64,000 nucleotides of DNA from a virus. Lineage: Duplodnaviria > Caudoviricetes. The DNA lies in the IMG/VR virus record IMGVR_UViG_3300005973_000002. The stretch is one strand, 5' to 3'. Positions within the stretch are counted from its first letter, which is position 1. Each line of letters opens with the position of its first letter. The position numbers were made by a program, and so were the translations under genes. The notes below the pieces were generated by a model. That model did no database searches and had not been told where the DNA came from. It saw nothing but the letters and a program-made list of their open reading frames with translations. Shown in pieces: positions 18,329 through 28,912 of the stretch.

Positions 18329-21300
18329 ATGATCAACCGTCAACAAAGACTCGCACAGGCAGTAAACGTGCTATCCAAATATTTTGGGATTCACACAGTA
18401 AGCGATCTTGCTGCAAGAATTGCTCTTGATCAATTTGATGGTTCGGTTAGCGATGGTCAGGGTCGAGGCGCACAAAGTCAAGGTTCTGGTGATGACCAAC
18501 GAACAACAGCAATTGCTCCTACAAATATAGAAAAAAGGCTTATAGAACTAATGTTCGACACTTCTGAAGGAGGGCGAACAATCTATCAACTTATTAATGA
18601 TCTCAATGAACAAATAAATGCCGCAGAGGATAGCGAACAATTGAGACAAGCTTTTGGAAGGCTTGTTCAAATACACTATGCAAATGGTCCAAATGGACCC
18701 ATTAGTTTGGTTGACCCCGAAGAGGTGAACGTTCCAGAACAACAAGAATCTGGTGATGGCGATTCTCCAACAATAACTGAGGTAGAACGAGTTTCGATTC
18801 GTCAAATGTTAGGTTACGGCGACAACGAAACCAGAATCAACAGCAGACCAACAGAACCTTCAAAAGAACATCCTGGGTTGTCAATTGTCTTATCTAACTC
18901 ACCCAGGGTTTCTCTTGAGAGTCAAAATGTCGGTGCTTCTACCATTTTCTTCAATGGGGTGCCAAACATTGAGTTATCAAGAGCTGTTCCGTATATTAAT
19001 ATTGACTTCTTCTTCCCAGCGCCTCCAACAGGACCAAATGATAGGATGCAAACACTTTCATTGACTAAATTTTTAGAAGGCGCTAAAGAAGTTAGGCAAG
19101 GTAGTCCATTAGAACTTATGACACAGGCAAACACCACAGAAGGTACGCTTGTGTCAACCCAGCAAGCAGAACCGGATCAGCCAGTTCCAGAAATATATTC
19201 GGTAGCTGGCATGGAATTGTTTACTTCACCACAAACCCTTGTGAATGCAGACGTATCTGCTGCACCAAGTGCAGAAAGGTCAAATCCGGTTCTTGATAAA
19301 TTCAGACCGTTAATGTCGTTACAAGATTTGACCATTTCCGTAGCACCGTCAGCAGGAATGATGGCTTTCAAACGAGGTGAAATGACAATAATTCTGCATG
19401 ATCGTTCACGTCTCCCAGAGGTTGCAAGGTTTGTTAAGCCAGATCTTTATGGACAAAATGAAATCCAAATTGAATATGGATGGTCCCATCCAGATGGCGG
19501 CCTTGTTACCACAGTAAATGGAATATCCACCTCAAGAAATGGTTCTTTAAATCCTTATGGAGATCTTATCGATGGAATGAGAGTTAAAGAAAAATATATG
19601 GTGGTAAATTCTTCGTTTAACTTTGATAGTTCAGGTCAGGTTATTATTAAATTAAATATCGCAATGCGAGGCGCAGCAGCATTTAATACTGAACTTATGT
19701 CAAGCGATAATCAAACGTTCGGAAACTTAATTCAGGAAATTGAAGAATTGCAAAACACAATTGCAGAACTCCGTGAAAGAGTTTTCCCACCAAGTACAGC
19801 TTCTACTCAAAGGGAAATTAGAGGTCGACAAATATTAGATGCAGCACAGGATGCAATGTCTCATCCCAATCTTACAAATGATCTACGTGAAGCATTAAGA
19901 GATTTTAGAAGAGCTTATCAAAATTCATCCAATCCAAGCGCAAGAGAACTTGTTCAAAGAATAGAAAGTATTTTCGGCGATGATGTACGTCGCCGTCGGC
20001 GAGGTGAAACCTTAGAACCAAGACTTTCCAGTGGCGAACCAACTGTAGTTCAAAGATTGAGAAACACAATTGCTGACAGTGTTAGAAGAAAGATGTCAGT
20101 CATTCAAAGTAGTCCTGATCCGTTTCTTGTTAATGATGCTGAAATGGGACAAAGGAGACTTTTAGCTGCCAATGAAAGCGAAGGGCTTTCTGCTGCCGAA
20201 AGTAGGCGCTTGCGTCAATTTGAGAGCAGTGCATTACAAGTTACCTTAACAAGTCAACAGCCTGTTTCTTTGGCAAAGCTACTGCTTGCATTTGTCGGCG
20301 AGCCTTTAGCGAATTCTGGCCAGTACGACGACATTCAGCTTATTTTTTATCCTTTCAATGAAAAGGCTGGTAAAGCAAATCGATTAAATATAGGAAATTT
20401 TATTGTTGATGCAGATTATTTCGCTGACGAATTGGCAAGATATAGACTTAGTCATGTTGGCAGGTCATCAGTTATGTCTCTTAGAGAATTTGTGCAATTC
20501 GTGGGAGATACCATAGTAGATGATCCAGCTGCACCTTCGTATGGCTTGAAAGACGAAAGGGGTCCGCTGTTTGAAGCTTTTGTTGACGATGATGGCAGAG
20601 TAAGAGGAACTAGAGCTGTAGACGAAGCTCCCAATCACCAAACACGCTTACAGGCCGTTTTACAAGGCGTAACGCCTGACGGCACATTTGCCGCACCTCA
20701 AATTGAACTGTATGTTGAAGCCTTGCCTCAGTTGGGTGGCACAGCTGACGGCGAAGATACATCAGCAAATAATGGAAAAACGATTCTACGGCTTCATTTT
20801 TTTGATCGGCAAAGCACATCATATGAAAGTTTAGGACGCCTCTTGAGGTCTACCAGAACCGAAACACTGCAATCTGTTGGCCGGTTCCCTCCCATCCAAG
20901 GTGGTAATACAGGTGCTATAAATATCAGACGTGATATTGCAAACACGACTTTAGCAGCTGCTGAAGCCACGGGACTTGTTCAAAAAATCCCAGCAAATTC
21001 TCCGCCTGGACAAGAACATCCTTCGCCAGTTGACGTTCAATATAGATTAATAGGCGGCCCACAAAAACTGAAAGAATTCATCATGCAAAATTCACCATAT
21101 ATCATCTATGGTGCTGCTGGTACAACAGTAAAAAATGCGCAATTAGCTTCGTTACAAGAACCTGCTTTGAATACAGTTAACCTTATCAGAAGCTTTAGAA
21201 GAGAAGAAAGCATTACACCAAACGGTGAAGATGCTGGCGGCTTACCAATGCAAATTATACCAACTCAATTGTCTGTTGAATGTTTCGGAAATCCTTTATT

Positions 21301-21571
21301 GCAATATGCTCAACAATACTTTATTGATTTTCAATCAGGTACTACAGCAGATAACTTTTATTCAGTAATTGGCATAGATCATAGTTTCAAACAAGGAGAT
21401 TTTACAACGCAAATTAGCTTTGGACCAGCGGACGCCTGGGGAGAGTATCGTTCGTTTATTGGAAGCATTCAACAAGCGCTTGATGTTCTTCGAGAAGTTG
21501 AAAACGAACAACAACAAGCTGGTGTTGATAATGATACAGGTCAATCACGACCTGGTACCGGACAGACATAA
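18329..21571 (+). CDS. Baseplate hub protein (gp27 / P2 gpD / Mu gp44-like)
   Basis: IQIEYGWSH, YMVVNSSFNF and QYFIDFQSGTTADNFYSVIGIDHSF...FTTQISF. Follows the LysM gene. Confidence 0.7.
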   Translation: MINRQQRLAQAVNVLSKYFGIHTVSDLAARIALDQFDGSVSDGQGRGAQSQGSGDDQRTTAIAPTNIEKRLIELMFDTSEGGRTIYQLINDLNEQINAAEDSEQLRQAFGRLVQIHYANGPNGPISLVDPEEVNVPEQQESGDGDSPTITEVERVSIRQMLGYGDNETRINSRPTEPSKEHPGLSIVLSNSPRVSLESQNVGASTIFFNGVPNIELSRAVPYINIDFFFPAPPTGPNDRMQTLSLTKFLEGAKEVRQGSPLELMTQANTTEGTLVSTQQAEPDQPVPEIYSVAGMELFTSPQTLVNADVSAAPSAERSNPVLDKFRPLMSLQDLTISVAPSAGMMAFKRGEMTIILHDRSRLPEVARFVKPDLYGQNEIQIEYGWSHPDGGLVTTVNGISTSRNGSLNPYGDLIDGMRVKEKYMVVNSSFNFDSSGQVIIKLNIAMRGAAAFNTELMSSDNQTFGNLIQEIEELQNTIAELRERVFPPSTASTQREIRGRQILDAAQDAMSHPNLTNDLREALRDFRRAYQNSSNPSARELVQRIESIFGDDVRRRRRGETLEPRLSSGEPTVVQRLRNTIADSVRRKMSVIQSSPDPFLVNDAEMGQRRLLAANESEGLSAAESRRLRQFESSALQVTLTSQQPVSLAKLLLAFVGEPLANSGQYDDIQLIFYPFNEKAGKANRLNIGNFIVDADYFADELARYRLSHVGRSSVMSLREFVQFVGDTIVDDPAAPSYGLKDERGPLFEAFVDDDGRVRGTRAVDEAPNHQTRLQAVLQGVTPDGTFAAPQIELYVEALPQLGGTADGEDTSANNGKTILRLHFFDRQSTSYESLGRLLRSTRTETLQSVGRFPPIQGGNTGAINIRRDIANTTLAAAEATGLVQKIPANSPPGQEHPSPVDVQYRLIGGPQKLKEFIMQNSPYIIYGAAGTTVKNAQLASLQEPALNTVNLIRSFRREESITPNGEDAGGLPMQIIPTQLSVECFGNPLLQYAQQYFIDFQSGTTADNFYSVIGIDHSFKQGDFTTQISFGPADAWGEYRSFIGSIQQALDVLREVENEQQQAGVDNDTGQSRPGTGQT

Positions 21572-21621
21572 AACCCGAGACTGATATAAACTGGTAATAT
21601 GTTGGCTTAGACTGTGGTGTC

Positions 21622-22521
21622 ATGTCCAAACCATATGATTATGAAAAAAGTGTAGCATTAATCTACGAAAATGATTCGCATCGTGGACCAGGCAAAGTGG
21701 TTCAAAATCTAAAACTTGGCCTTGAGAAGATTGGTGTTTCGGTTATTCCTGAATATAGTGGCCACCCTTGGAAGTACACAGGTTGCTTACAGTTTTGTAA
21801 GCCGCAATTAATTTCAAGTTATGCATCTACTGGACGCCCTATGCTCATGGGCCCGAACTTGTTTGTTTTACCTACCGATAATCCATCTCTGTGCAAGCTA
21901 TTCCAGCACTTTGTTGTGCCATCTGAGTGGGTGAAAAAAACGTATCAAGAATTTGATTTGATGAATGGAAAAAACATTCATGTTTGGTCTGTTGGTATTG
22001 ACACTGATGTTTGGAAACCGTCCGAGCAAGGTAAAACAGGTGATATAGATTGCATCGTTTACTTTAAAAATCGTTCCGACCAAGACCTAGCTGTTGTTGA
22101 AGCGATTTGTCGAAAATTTGATTTAAAGTATGAGCTTTTCAAATATGGCAGTTATCTAGAACAGGATCTGCATAAGTCAGCCACAACAAAAGCCAAGTTT
22201 GCTATTCTTTGCACGGGAACAGAGAGTCAAGGTATTGCTTACATGCAGTTACTTTCGGCTGGGTTACCTTGTTATGTTTTTAACAATCCACTTTGGAAAT
22301 CTGAAGACGGGAAACATACAGCAGTAGCTTCTTCTGTGCCATATTTTGACGAACGTTGCGGATACGTAATCAACAACGTTGATCTTGATCACTTCAAAGA
22401 GTTCTTAAAAAATATTGATAATTTTCATCCAAGAGACTATATCCTAGATAAACACACTCTTGAAGAAGCAGCACAAAAATACTTTGACCTGTTGAGAACA
22501 AGCAATGGCGAACAACTCTGA
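21622..22521 (+). CDS. Glycosyltransferase, GT-B-like
   Basis: GPGKV, MGPN, VPSEWV, GIDTDVWKP and ESQGIAYMQLLSAGLP. Confidence 0.7.
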   Translation: MSKPYDYEKSVALIYENDSHRGPGKVVQNLKLGLEKIGVSVIPEYSGHPWKYTGCLQFCKPQLISSYASTGRPMLMGPNLFVLPTDNPSLCKLFQHFVVPSEWVKKTYQEFDLMNGKNIHVWSVGIDTDVWKPSEQGKTGDIDCIVYFKNRSDQDLAVVEAICRKFDLKYELFKYGSYLEQDLHKSATTKAKFAILCTGTESQGIAYMQLLSAGLPCYVFNNPLWKSEDGKHTAVASSVPYFDERCGYVINNVDLDHFKEFLKNIDNFHPRDYILDKHTLEEAAQKYFDLLRTSNGEQL

Positions 22522-23371
22522 AAAACCACTAGTATCTTGCATAACCCCATCTTTCCGCATGGAGAGATACCTTAAAACCTTTCTGGATCGATTGCCGGAG
22601 CAAACTATTTTTGATCGAATACAAGTGGTGCTTGATCATAATGAACCAACTGAACAAGAACTTTCCTGGGTTAAAGAATTTGAAGAAAAGTATCCTGGAG
22701 TTATCAAACACGTTGTGGTTGATCCGGTAGAGCCAATTGGTATTTCAATGAACCGTTGCATTAATTTGGCTGATGGAGATTTTGTTGCCATTTGGAACGT
22801 TGATGACTTACGCACTCCTGATAGTCTTGAAAAACAAGCTAATGTCTTGTTAGAAAATGAAGATGTTGATGTTGTGCATGGTAACTTTGTTATTGTTAAT
22901 TCATTTCCCCATTTCAAGGGAAAGATGATTGATCATAGTCAATACAAGTTCAATCAAAAAGAATATACACGCAGTATGGTTCTTGGGCCATTTTTTATGT
23001 GGCGCAAATCTCTTTGCGACAAGGCAGGAAAATTTGACGAGCAATTGAAGTCTGGAGCTGATTTTGATCTTGCAATCCGGTTGGCAATACACGGTAAAGT
23101 TGATATAGCGCACGGAGTGCTTGGCTACTACCTTGACGAAGGCCGGGGGGCTTCAACACGTGGTGACAGCATTCAACCAATTGAACGTACCTTGATTGAA
23201 ATGAGATACGGAATATTGGATAAACTTGTTCACAGTTGGATGCCCGAAGTGAACAAAAGAAAATACATTGTAGAAAAACTAGTCTTTGATAATAAAGCAC
23301 ACCGAATTGAAGATTATGTTCCGGACTATTCAAACTTTCGGCACAGAAACACCAAGCTGGCCAAATCCTGA
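22505..23371 (+). CDS. Glycosyltransferase family 2
   Basis: PLVSCITPSF, NRCINLADGDFVAIWNVDD and DFDLAIR. Confidence 0.85.
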   Translation: MANNSEKPLVSCITPSFRMERYLKTFLDRLPEQTIFDRIQVVLDHNEPTEQELSWVKEFEEKYPGVIKHVVVDPVEPIGISMNRCINLADGDFVAIWNVDDLRTPDSLEKQANVLLENEDVDVVHGNFVIVNSFPHFKGKMIDHSQYKFNQKEYTRSMVLGPFFMWRKSLCDKAGKFDEQLKSGADFDLAIRLAIHGKVDIAHGVLGYYLDEGRGASTRGDSIQPIERTLIEMRYGILDKLVHSWMPEVNKRKYIVEKLVFDNKAHRIEDYVPDYSNFRHRNTKLAKS

Positions 23372-23380
23372 GAGGAAAGC

Positions 23381-24274
23381 ATGACAGAAAAAATGAGAAT
23401 TATGGCTTTATTGCCATTTCGAAATGAAGCCCATGTGCTTCCATCTTATTTTTCAACCGTTGCTCCACTGGTTGAAAAGATTATTGCAATTGATGATGGT
23501 TCCACAGACAATTCAGTAGAAATTATGAAAAAGGCTGGTGCTGACGTTTATTCTTGGGACAAAGAAAGAATGAAGTTCGGTTGGGCTGAATTGGGTATCC
23601 GGCAAAGACTTTTGGAGTTGGGCCGTGAGGCTGGAGGTACTCATTTTATTGTTTTAGATGCTGATGAAACGTTTACTCGCCCCTTTGTGGGAGTTTCGAC
23701 CAAAGTTTTCCGACAACTGGAGCCTGGTCAAAAAGTTTTAATGCAATGGTTAGCAATGTGGAAATCCGTTGACCATTACCGAGATGACAATAGTGTATGG
23801 AGTAACAACTATAAAGATTTCATTTTTAGGGATGATGGCGAAAGCAACTATCCAGAAGTTTGGATGCATACTCCACGAACTCCGGGTCGATTTGCGAATC
23901 ATGACCAAGATTTGACATTAAATCCAAAGTATGGTGCAGTAATGCACTTTCAATTTAGCAACTGGGATACATTTCAAATCAAACAGTGCTGGTGTCGAAT
24001 GTCTGAATTTATCAAAGATCCAGAATCGGCACAAAATGTCAATAACAAATATAGGATAACACTAGATGAAGATGCTGTAGTAATGCCACTGCCCGACAAT
24101 TGGAAAGAGGGCGTAAAACTACCAAAAATATCTTACCAAGATGACGTTTATTCTTTTTGGCGCTTAAAGGAAATAGAAAACTGGTTTGAAATTCATGGTG
24201 TAGATTTTTTCCGCAACCTAGAAATCTGGCATGTGCCACAAATTTGTGAGGTATCAAAGCGTTATGAAAAGTAA
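23381..24274 (+). CDS. Glycosyltransferase family 2-like
   Basis: PFRNE, IDDGSTD and VLDADE (DxD). Confidence 0.85.
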   Translation: MTEKMRIMALLPFRNEAHVLPSYFSTVAPLVEKIIAIDDGSTDNSVEIMKKAGADVYSWDKERMKFGWAELGIRQRLLELGREAGGTHFIVLDADETFTRPFVGVSTKVFRQLEPGQKVLMQWLAMWKSVDHYRDDNSVWSNNYKDFIFRDDGESNYPEVWMHTPRTPGRFANHDQDLTLNPKYGAVMHFQFSNWDTFQIKQCWCRMSEFIKDPESAQNVNNKYRITLDEDAVVMPLPDNWKEGVKLPKISYQDDVYSFWRLKEIENWFEIHGVDFFRNLEIWHVPQICEVSKRYEK

Positions 24275-25256
24275 AGCACTTGTTACAGGCGCCGCAGGGT
24301 TATTTGGTGCTAACTACTGCAAATATCTTTGTGATAAGGGTTATGAAGTCATTGGAATGGACAACCTGTCTGGTGGTTATCGAGACTTTGTAGATTCACG
24401 TGTAGAATTCTACCCCTGGGATATAAAACACACTTTTAGCGTCAACGAAGTATTTGAAGCACACAAACCGGACTACGTTGTTCATTTTGCGGCATACGCA
24501 GCGTGTGGATTGTCGCCGTTTATTCGTATTTTTAACTACGAAAACAACATCATTACGTCTGCCAATCTAATCAACGAAGCCATTCGCTTTGATGTCAAGA
24601 AATTCATTTTTGCGTCGTCAATGACCGTTTATGGTGATAATCCACCGCCTTTTACCGAGGACATGCCTTACAATCCCTCAGACCCATATGCTATAGCTAA
24701 AATGGCTGTTGAACTTGATTTAAAAGATGCCCACCAGCGCCATGGGTTAGATTATGCAATTGTGCGCCCACATAACGTACATGGTATATATCAAAATATA
24801 TGGGATCGCTATCGTAACGTAATTGGGATCTTCATACGAAAAGCTCTCAACGAAGAGGACTTGCTTGTTTATGGTGATGGTTCACAAATTAGAGCATTTT
24901 CGGATGTAAAATACTATATGGAACCAATTGAGAAGTTAATGTTCGAACATTCAGCAGAAACATTTAATATTGGTGCAGATAAACCAGTAACCATCCTAGA
25001 GCTTGCACAGTTGGTACAAAAAGTGGCTTTCGAATACGGTTACAAAACAAACATCAAACATGCTGAGCCAAGAAAAGAAGTTCATACGGCCTACTGTGAT
25101 CATAGCAAGGCAAAGAAACTTTTAGATTTTGAGGATAAAACCGACCTAGAAGAACTTATTCGTAAAATGTTTGTTTGGGCAGAAGGTCAACCAAACAGAA
25201 AAGTTAAAAAGATGGACATTGAACTAGATAAAAGACTTTATTCATACTGGAAATAG
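24264..25256 (+). CDS. NAD-dependent nucleotide-sugar epimerase/dehydratase
   Basis: TGAAGLFG, SSMTVYG, YAIAK and RPHNVHG. ATG at 24264 preferred. Confidence 0.9.
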   Translation: MKSKALVTGAAGLFGANYCKYLCDKGYEVIGMDNLSGGYRDFVDSRVEFYPWDIKHTFSVNEVFEAHKPDYVVHFAAYAACGLSPFIRIFNYENNIITSANLINEAIRFDVKKFIFASSMTVYGDNPPPFTEDMPYNPSDPYAIAKMAVELDLKDAHQRHGLDYAIVRPHNVHGIYQNIWDRYRNVIGIFIRKALNEEDLLVYGDGSQIRAFSDVKYYMEPIEKLMFEHSAETFNIGADKPVTILELAQLVQKVAFEYGYKTNIKHAEPRKEVHTAYCDHSKAKKLLDFEDKTDLEELIRKMFVWAEGQPNRKVKKMDIELDKRLYSYWK

Positions 25257-25257
25257 T

Positions 25258-26127
25258 ATGAAGTTTATTCACGTTCAATACGACATCATACAATCTGATT
25301 GGAAGGTGTTGCAAGTAGGCGGATCACGTCAACCGTTCCGACGTGCTAATGTTGTTATTGATCCACGTCCATGGGCAGAACGCAGCAAAACAAATTCCTG
25401 GGTTCAAACCATTCCGGAATATTTTTCCGAAAGGACTTGGTTTACGCAGCCGCTCGAAGAAACTCCTTGGCCTTTTGCTGATGAAGAGTTTGATTATGTT
25501 ATAGTTGACGATGCTATCGTTTCAACACGTGATCCGATTGCAGTTTGTCGTGAGATGGAACGGGTTGCCAAGCGTGGATATATTGAATTTCCTAATGTAG
25601 TTGCACAGCATCTACGTGGTGTTGAAGACCCAAATTATACCGGATACATCAATCATCGTTGGTTCGCTGACGTGGTGGACAATGCCATTCGCTTTAGTTA
25701 TAAACACCCTTCGGTGCATGTTAAAAAAGACTTTTGGATAGACAATCCAAAGTTACCAGTGCAGCCCTGGATTAATCCAAAGAAGGCGGTGGAAGGTCTG
25801 TTTTGGGATGCAAGTCTTCAATCTTATGAAGATTATGAAAATATGGAATTTCCAGACTGGTTCTTCGAAGAAAACACTTGGAAATATAAAGAGCAAACTG
25901 CAAATGAACAGCAGTTTAAAAACTTTTGGAAGGTTGATGAACCAATCCCAGTCATGTTGGAATGTAGACCATTTCAGGCTGGCACTTTAGTTCGAGTAAA
26001 TGATTTGCCATTTAAATTTGCCGTTTCAATGTTCACAAATAAAAATGAGCGACACATGGAAATGTTGAAATTCGAGCATTACATCGCAGAGAACATAAAC
26101 AATAAATACCATAAGTACCAACTTTAA
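25258..26127 (+). CDS. SAM-dependent methyltransferase-like protein
   Basis: WPFADEEFDYVI...DP...EMERVAKRGYIEFP. Confidence 0.6.
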   Translation: MKFIHVQYDIIQSDWKVLQVGGSRQPFRRANVVIDPRPWAERSKTNSWVQTIPEYFSERTWFTQPLEETPWPFADEEFDYVIVDDAIVSTRDPIAVCREMERVAKRGYIEFPNVVAQHLRGVEDPNYTGYINHRWFADVVDNAIRFSYKHPSVHVKKDFWIDNPKLPVQPWINPKKAVEGLFWDASLQSYEDYENMEFPDWFFEENTWKYKEQTANEQQFKNFWKVDEPIPVMLECRPFQAGTLVRVNDLPFKFAVSMFTNKNERHMEMLKFEHYIAENINNKYHKYQL

Positions 26128-26130
26128 TAC

Positions 26131-26730
26131 ATGAATTCGAAATATAAAAAAGAAAACTATGTTCACCTTGAAGATCATTGGAAAAAATATATGCCCAATG
26201 TTCTTTTTCAGCACTACAGAAAACTTTTTCAAGGCAAAATAGGAGATTTTGGCTGTAATACTGGGTTGTTTGATATCCATCTCGCAGAAATGGAAAGAGT
26301 AAACGAAGTTATTGGCTTTGATATAAATGAAGAAGCTATTAAAAAGGCAAAAGAATTTGCAGCAGTTTCACCAGTAAAATCAAAACTAAAATTTCACTGT
26401 CAAAACCTAACAGAAAAAATTGAATACGACAGTTACTTTGATTTTGTTATTTGTTTCCACACTATAGAACACATCTACCCTGAAGATGTTGATGATTGTG
26501 TACGTAATATTTTTACCTCGCTTAAAGTAGGGGGCTATGCACTGATAAATTTGCCTGATAAGCATTCATATCCTTGGGAGGAAACTCACGTATTCCATCC
26601 CAACAAAGAAGAATTATCAAAGCTCTTCGAAGTGCACGGTTTCTCTACGGTTGAAGCTTATGAAGATGAGCGAGGTGGCCAAGTTGGACACTCAAGAAAC
26701 ATCACTGCACTTTACCTAAAGGAGTTGTAA
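26131..26730 (+). CDS. Class I SAM-dependent methyltransferase
   Basis: IGDFGCNTG, GFDIN, FDFVICFHTIEH and LKVGG. Confidence 0.9.
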   Translation: MNSKYKKENYVHLEDHWKKYMPNVLFQHYRKLFQGKIGDFGCNTGLFDIHLAEMERVNEVIGFDINEEAIKKAKEFAAVSPVKSKLKFHCQNLTEKIEYDSYFDFVICFHTIEHIYPEDVDDCVRNIFTSLKVGGYALINLPDKHSYPWEETHVFHPNKEELSKLFEVHGFSTVEAYEDERGGQVGHSRNITALYLKEL

Positions 26731-27468
26731 ATGAATTTGGTGGCAAAAAATACATGGATTTTGCACCCGACTTCGGGTCATCCAAACAAAAATACGTTTG
26801 AAACACCTTGGTATAAATCTCCCATTAGAACAAAGGATGTTCCCATCTTTACGGGGTTTTTCAGGGTCGGAAATCATTATCTAATTGAATTGATTCAACG
26901 TTATTTTGAAGCTAATGTTTGGATTGATGGTAGGTTAAAGCCAGAAAACATTATATGCTTCTGGACCCATGATCATGATCATTGCTTGGAGGCTATAACA
27001 CCATGTATGTTTTTATACAGGAAAAATGTATGCCACATGATGTATTCTTTATATAAAAGTCAATATGTCGAGGCTAAAGCGTGTGATGTTAATGTAGAAA
27101 ATTTTATAAAATATAGAGTTAATGATTATAAATACAATACAAATAAATGGCTTAGGAATGCTGATTTAATAATTGAATATGAAAAGCTTGTTTATAAACC
27201 TCAAGAAGAATTTAAAAAAATTGCACAGTTTTTTGGAAAGTTATTTGTTCAAGAAAAATTTGAAAGGGTAAAGAAGGTTATCACACATGATTACGTAATC
27301 GGCAAGTGGAAGAATACGTTGCCAAACTATTTTTTTCATCGGGATGCAAACTACGTCCCTGACAGAAATAAATGGATTGAAAAATTTAAGCCCACTATTT
27401 TTAAACACTTTTTTGATGAAACGCACACTCCTGTTGGTAACTTGGCTGAATTTCTCACTTTAGAATGA
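26731..27468 (+). CDS. Sulfotransferase-like protein
   Basis: GFFRVGNHYL (5'-PSB-like), YRKN...YSLY (3'-PB-like) and IEYEKLVYKPQEEFKKIAQFFG. Confidence 0.6.
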   Translation: MNLVAKNTWILHPTSGHPNKNTFETPWYKSPIRTKDVPIFTGFFRVGNHYLIELIQRYFEANVWIDGRLKPENIICFWTHDHDHCLEAITPCMFLYRKNVCHMMYSLYKSQYVEAKACDVNVENFIKYRVNDYKYNTNKWLRNADLIIEYEKLVYKPQEEFKKIAQFFGKLFVQEKFERVKKVITHDYVIGKWKNTLPNYFFHRDANYVPDRNKWIEKFKPTIFKHFFDETHTPVGNLAEFLTLE

Positions 27469-28403
27469 TGTATGTAGCAAAATGTCCTTTGAGAATTTCT
27501 CTTGTTGGAGGAGGGACAGACCTTGATAATTTTATTAAAAAATACGGCAAAGGTTCAGTTATTAGCTTCCCTTCAACGCTTTATGTTTATGTTAGTATTC
27601 ATGATAACAACCGAAGTCAATATGTCCTAAACTATTCTAAGAACGAAGAAGTAGATGAATTATATGAAGTACAAAACACGCCTGCAAGAATAGTTCTTGG
27701 TCACTACAACACTGGACCAATTACTGTCTCGTTTCTTTCAGACATTATTTCCACAGGCTCAGGACTGGGCTCCTCTTCAGCTTACATGAATGCGCTAACG
27801 AAAGCTGTAACAATGTATAAGAGTGAACAGTTGACTGAATTTGAAGTTTGTAGACAAGCACTGGAACTTGAAAGAAAGTTCAATCCCGAGACTGGCTATC
27901 AAGATTCATATGGCTGTGGCGTTGGAGGATTCAAGCGCATCAACTTTATCAAAGATAGACGTCCCAATTTTTCGTTTTTAGATGGTGATTTTCTTAGAGA
28001 CAATTTTGACATGGCTCTCTATTACACAAAAATAACAAGAGACTCAAATGATATTTTAAAAACGATAAACACAGACCGTTGCTTGCCGCTTCTTACAATG
28101 GTTGATGATCTCGAACAAGCCATAGAAGAACAAAATACTGAAGGTTTCCTTGAAATATTCAACAGAGGTTGGGACATTAAAAAGACAACGTCACCATTAA
28201 TCGCAGATGATGAAAGGTTTCAGAAGTGGAATGAAGAGTTTCAGAAGCACAAAGATGTTCTCGGAATCAAACTTTGCGGAGCTGGTGGTGGTGGTTATTT
28301 TCTAGCTCTATGTAAGAAAGGCTGTGCGCCTAAACAAATAAATGGTTCACAAGCAATACCAATTGGAGTCAACGAAACTGGAGTAGTTGGCCAGAGGTTT
28401 TAA
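27465..28403 (+). CDS. hddA: D-glycero-alpha-D-manno-heptose-7-phosphate kinase (GHMP family)
   Basis: PLRISLVGGGTD, GSGLGSSSA, GYQD, GG and KLCGAGGGGY. Confidence 0.8.
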   Translation: MMYVAKCPLRISLVGGGTDLDNFIKKYGKGSVISFPSTLYVYVSIHDNNRSQYVLNYSKNEEVDELYEVQNTPARIVLGHYNTGPITVSFLSDIISTGSGLGSSSAYMNALTKAVTMYKSEQLTEFEVCRQALELERKFNPETGYQDSYGCGVGGFKRINFIKDRRPNFSFLDGDFLRDNFDMALYYTKITRDSNDILKTINTDRCLPLLTMVDDLEQAIEEQNTEGFLEIFNRGWDIKKTTSPLIADDERFQKWNEEFQKHKDVLGIKLCGAGGGGYFLALCKKGCAPKQINGSQAIPIGVNETGVVGQRF

Positions 28404-28912
28404 TGAACAAAGATGAATTGATAAGAGAAATAGAAAAGGTGTATTCTAAATCTGGTGCGCTTAAAAGCTTGATAGAAGACCATGAGGAAATCATTCTAAT
28501 TGGCAATGGAGCAAGTTGTGCCATAGCTAGCCACATGGCTGTCGATTACACCAAGCAATTAAAAAAGAAAGCATTTGCATTCACTGATGCTTCTAGACTT
28601 ACTTGTTATGTAAATGACTACGGTAGCAATAGAGCTTATGCACAATTTGTAAAAGAATTCGCAACTCCTGGAAAGACTTTAGTGATCCTGATCTCATCAT
28701 CAGGAAACTCCAAGAATATAACGAACGCAGCTAATCGTTGTGAGATTGATGGAGTGGCTTGGGTAGCTTTGTCTGGCAAAGATCACGACAACAAACTTCA
28801 TAGAACCAACTACATGTATAGGAAGTTAAATGTTTGGGTAGAAAGCCAAGACTACGGTGTGGTAGAATGTGTTCATCAAATTCTTTTGCACTCAATTATG
28901 GAAGTAAAGTAA
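28403..28912 (+). CDS. gmhA: Phosphoheptose (sedoheptulose-7-phosphate) isomerase, SIS domain
   Basis: IGNGAS..IASH, SSSGNSKN and VVECVHQILLH. Confidence 0.8.
   Translation: MNKDELIREIEKVYSKSGALKSLIEDHEEIILIGNGASCAIASHMAVDYTKQLKKKAFAFTDASRLTCYVNDYGSNRAYAQFVKEFATPGKTLVILISSSGNSKNITNAANRCEIDGVAWVALSGKDHDNKLHRTNYMYRKLNVWVESQDYGVVECVHQILLHSIMEVK

Noticed and set aside
18238-18429. 63-aa ORF as a frameshifted N-terminus of the hub gene
   Set aside because: The region is better explained by the NUMOD relic plus a TATTTA motif directly before ATG 18329.
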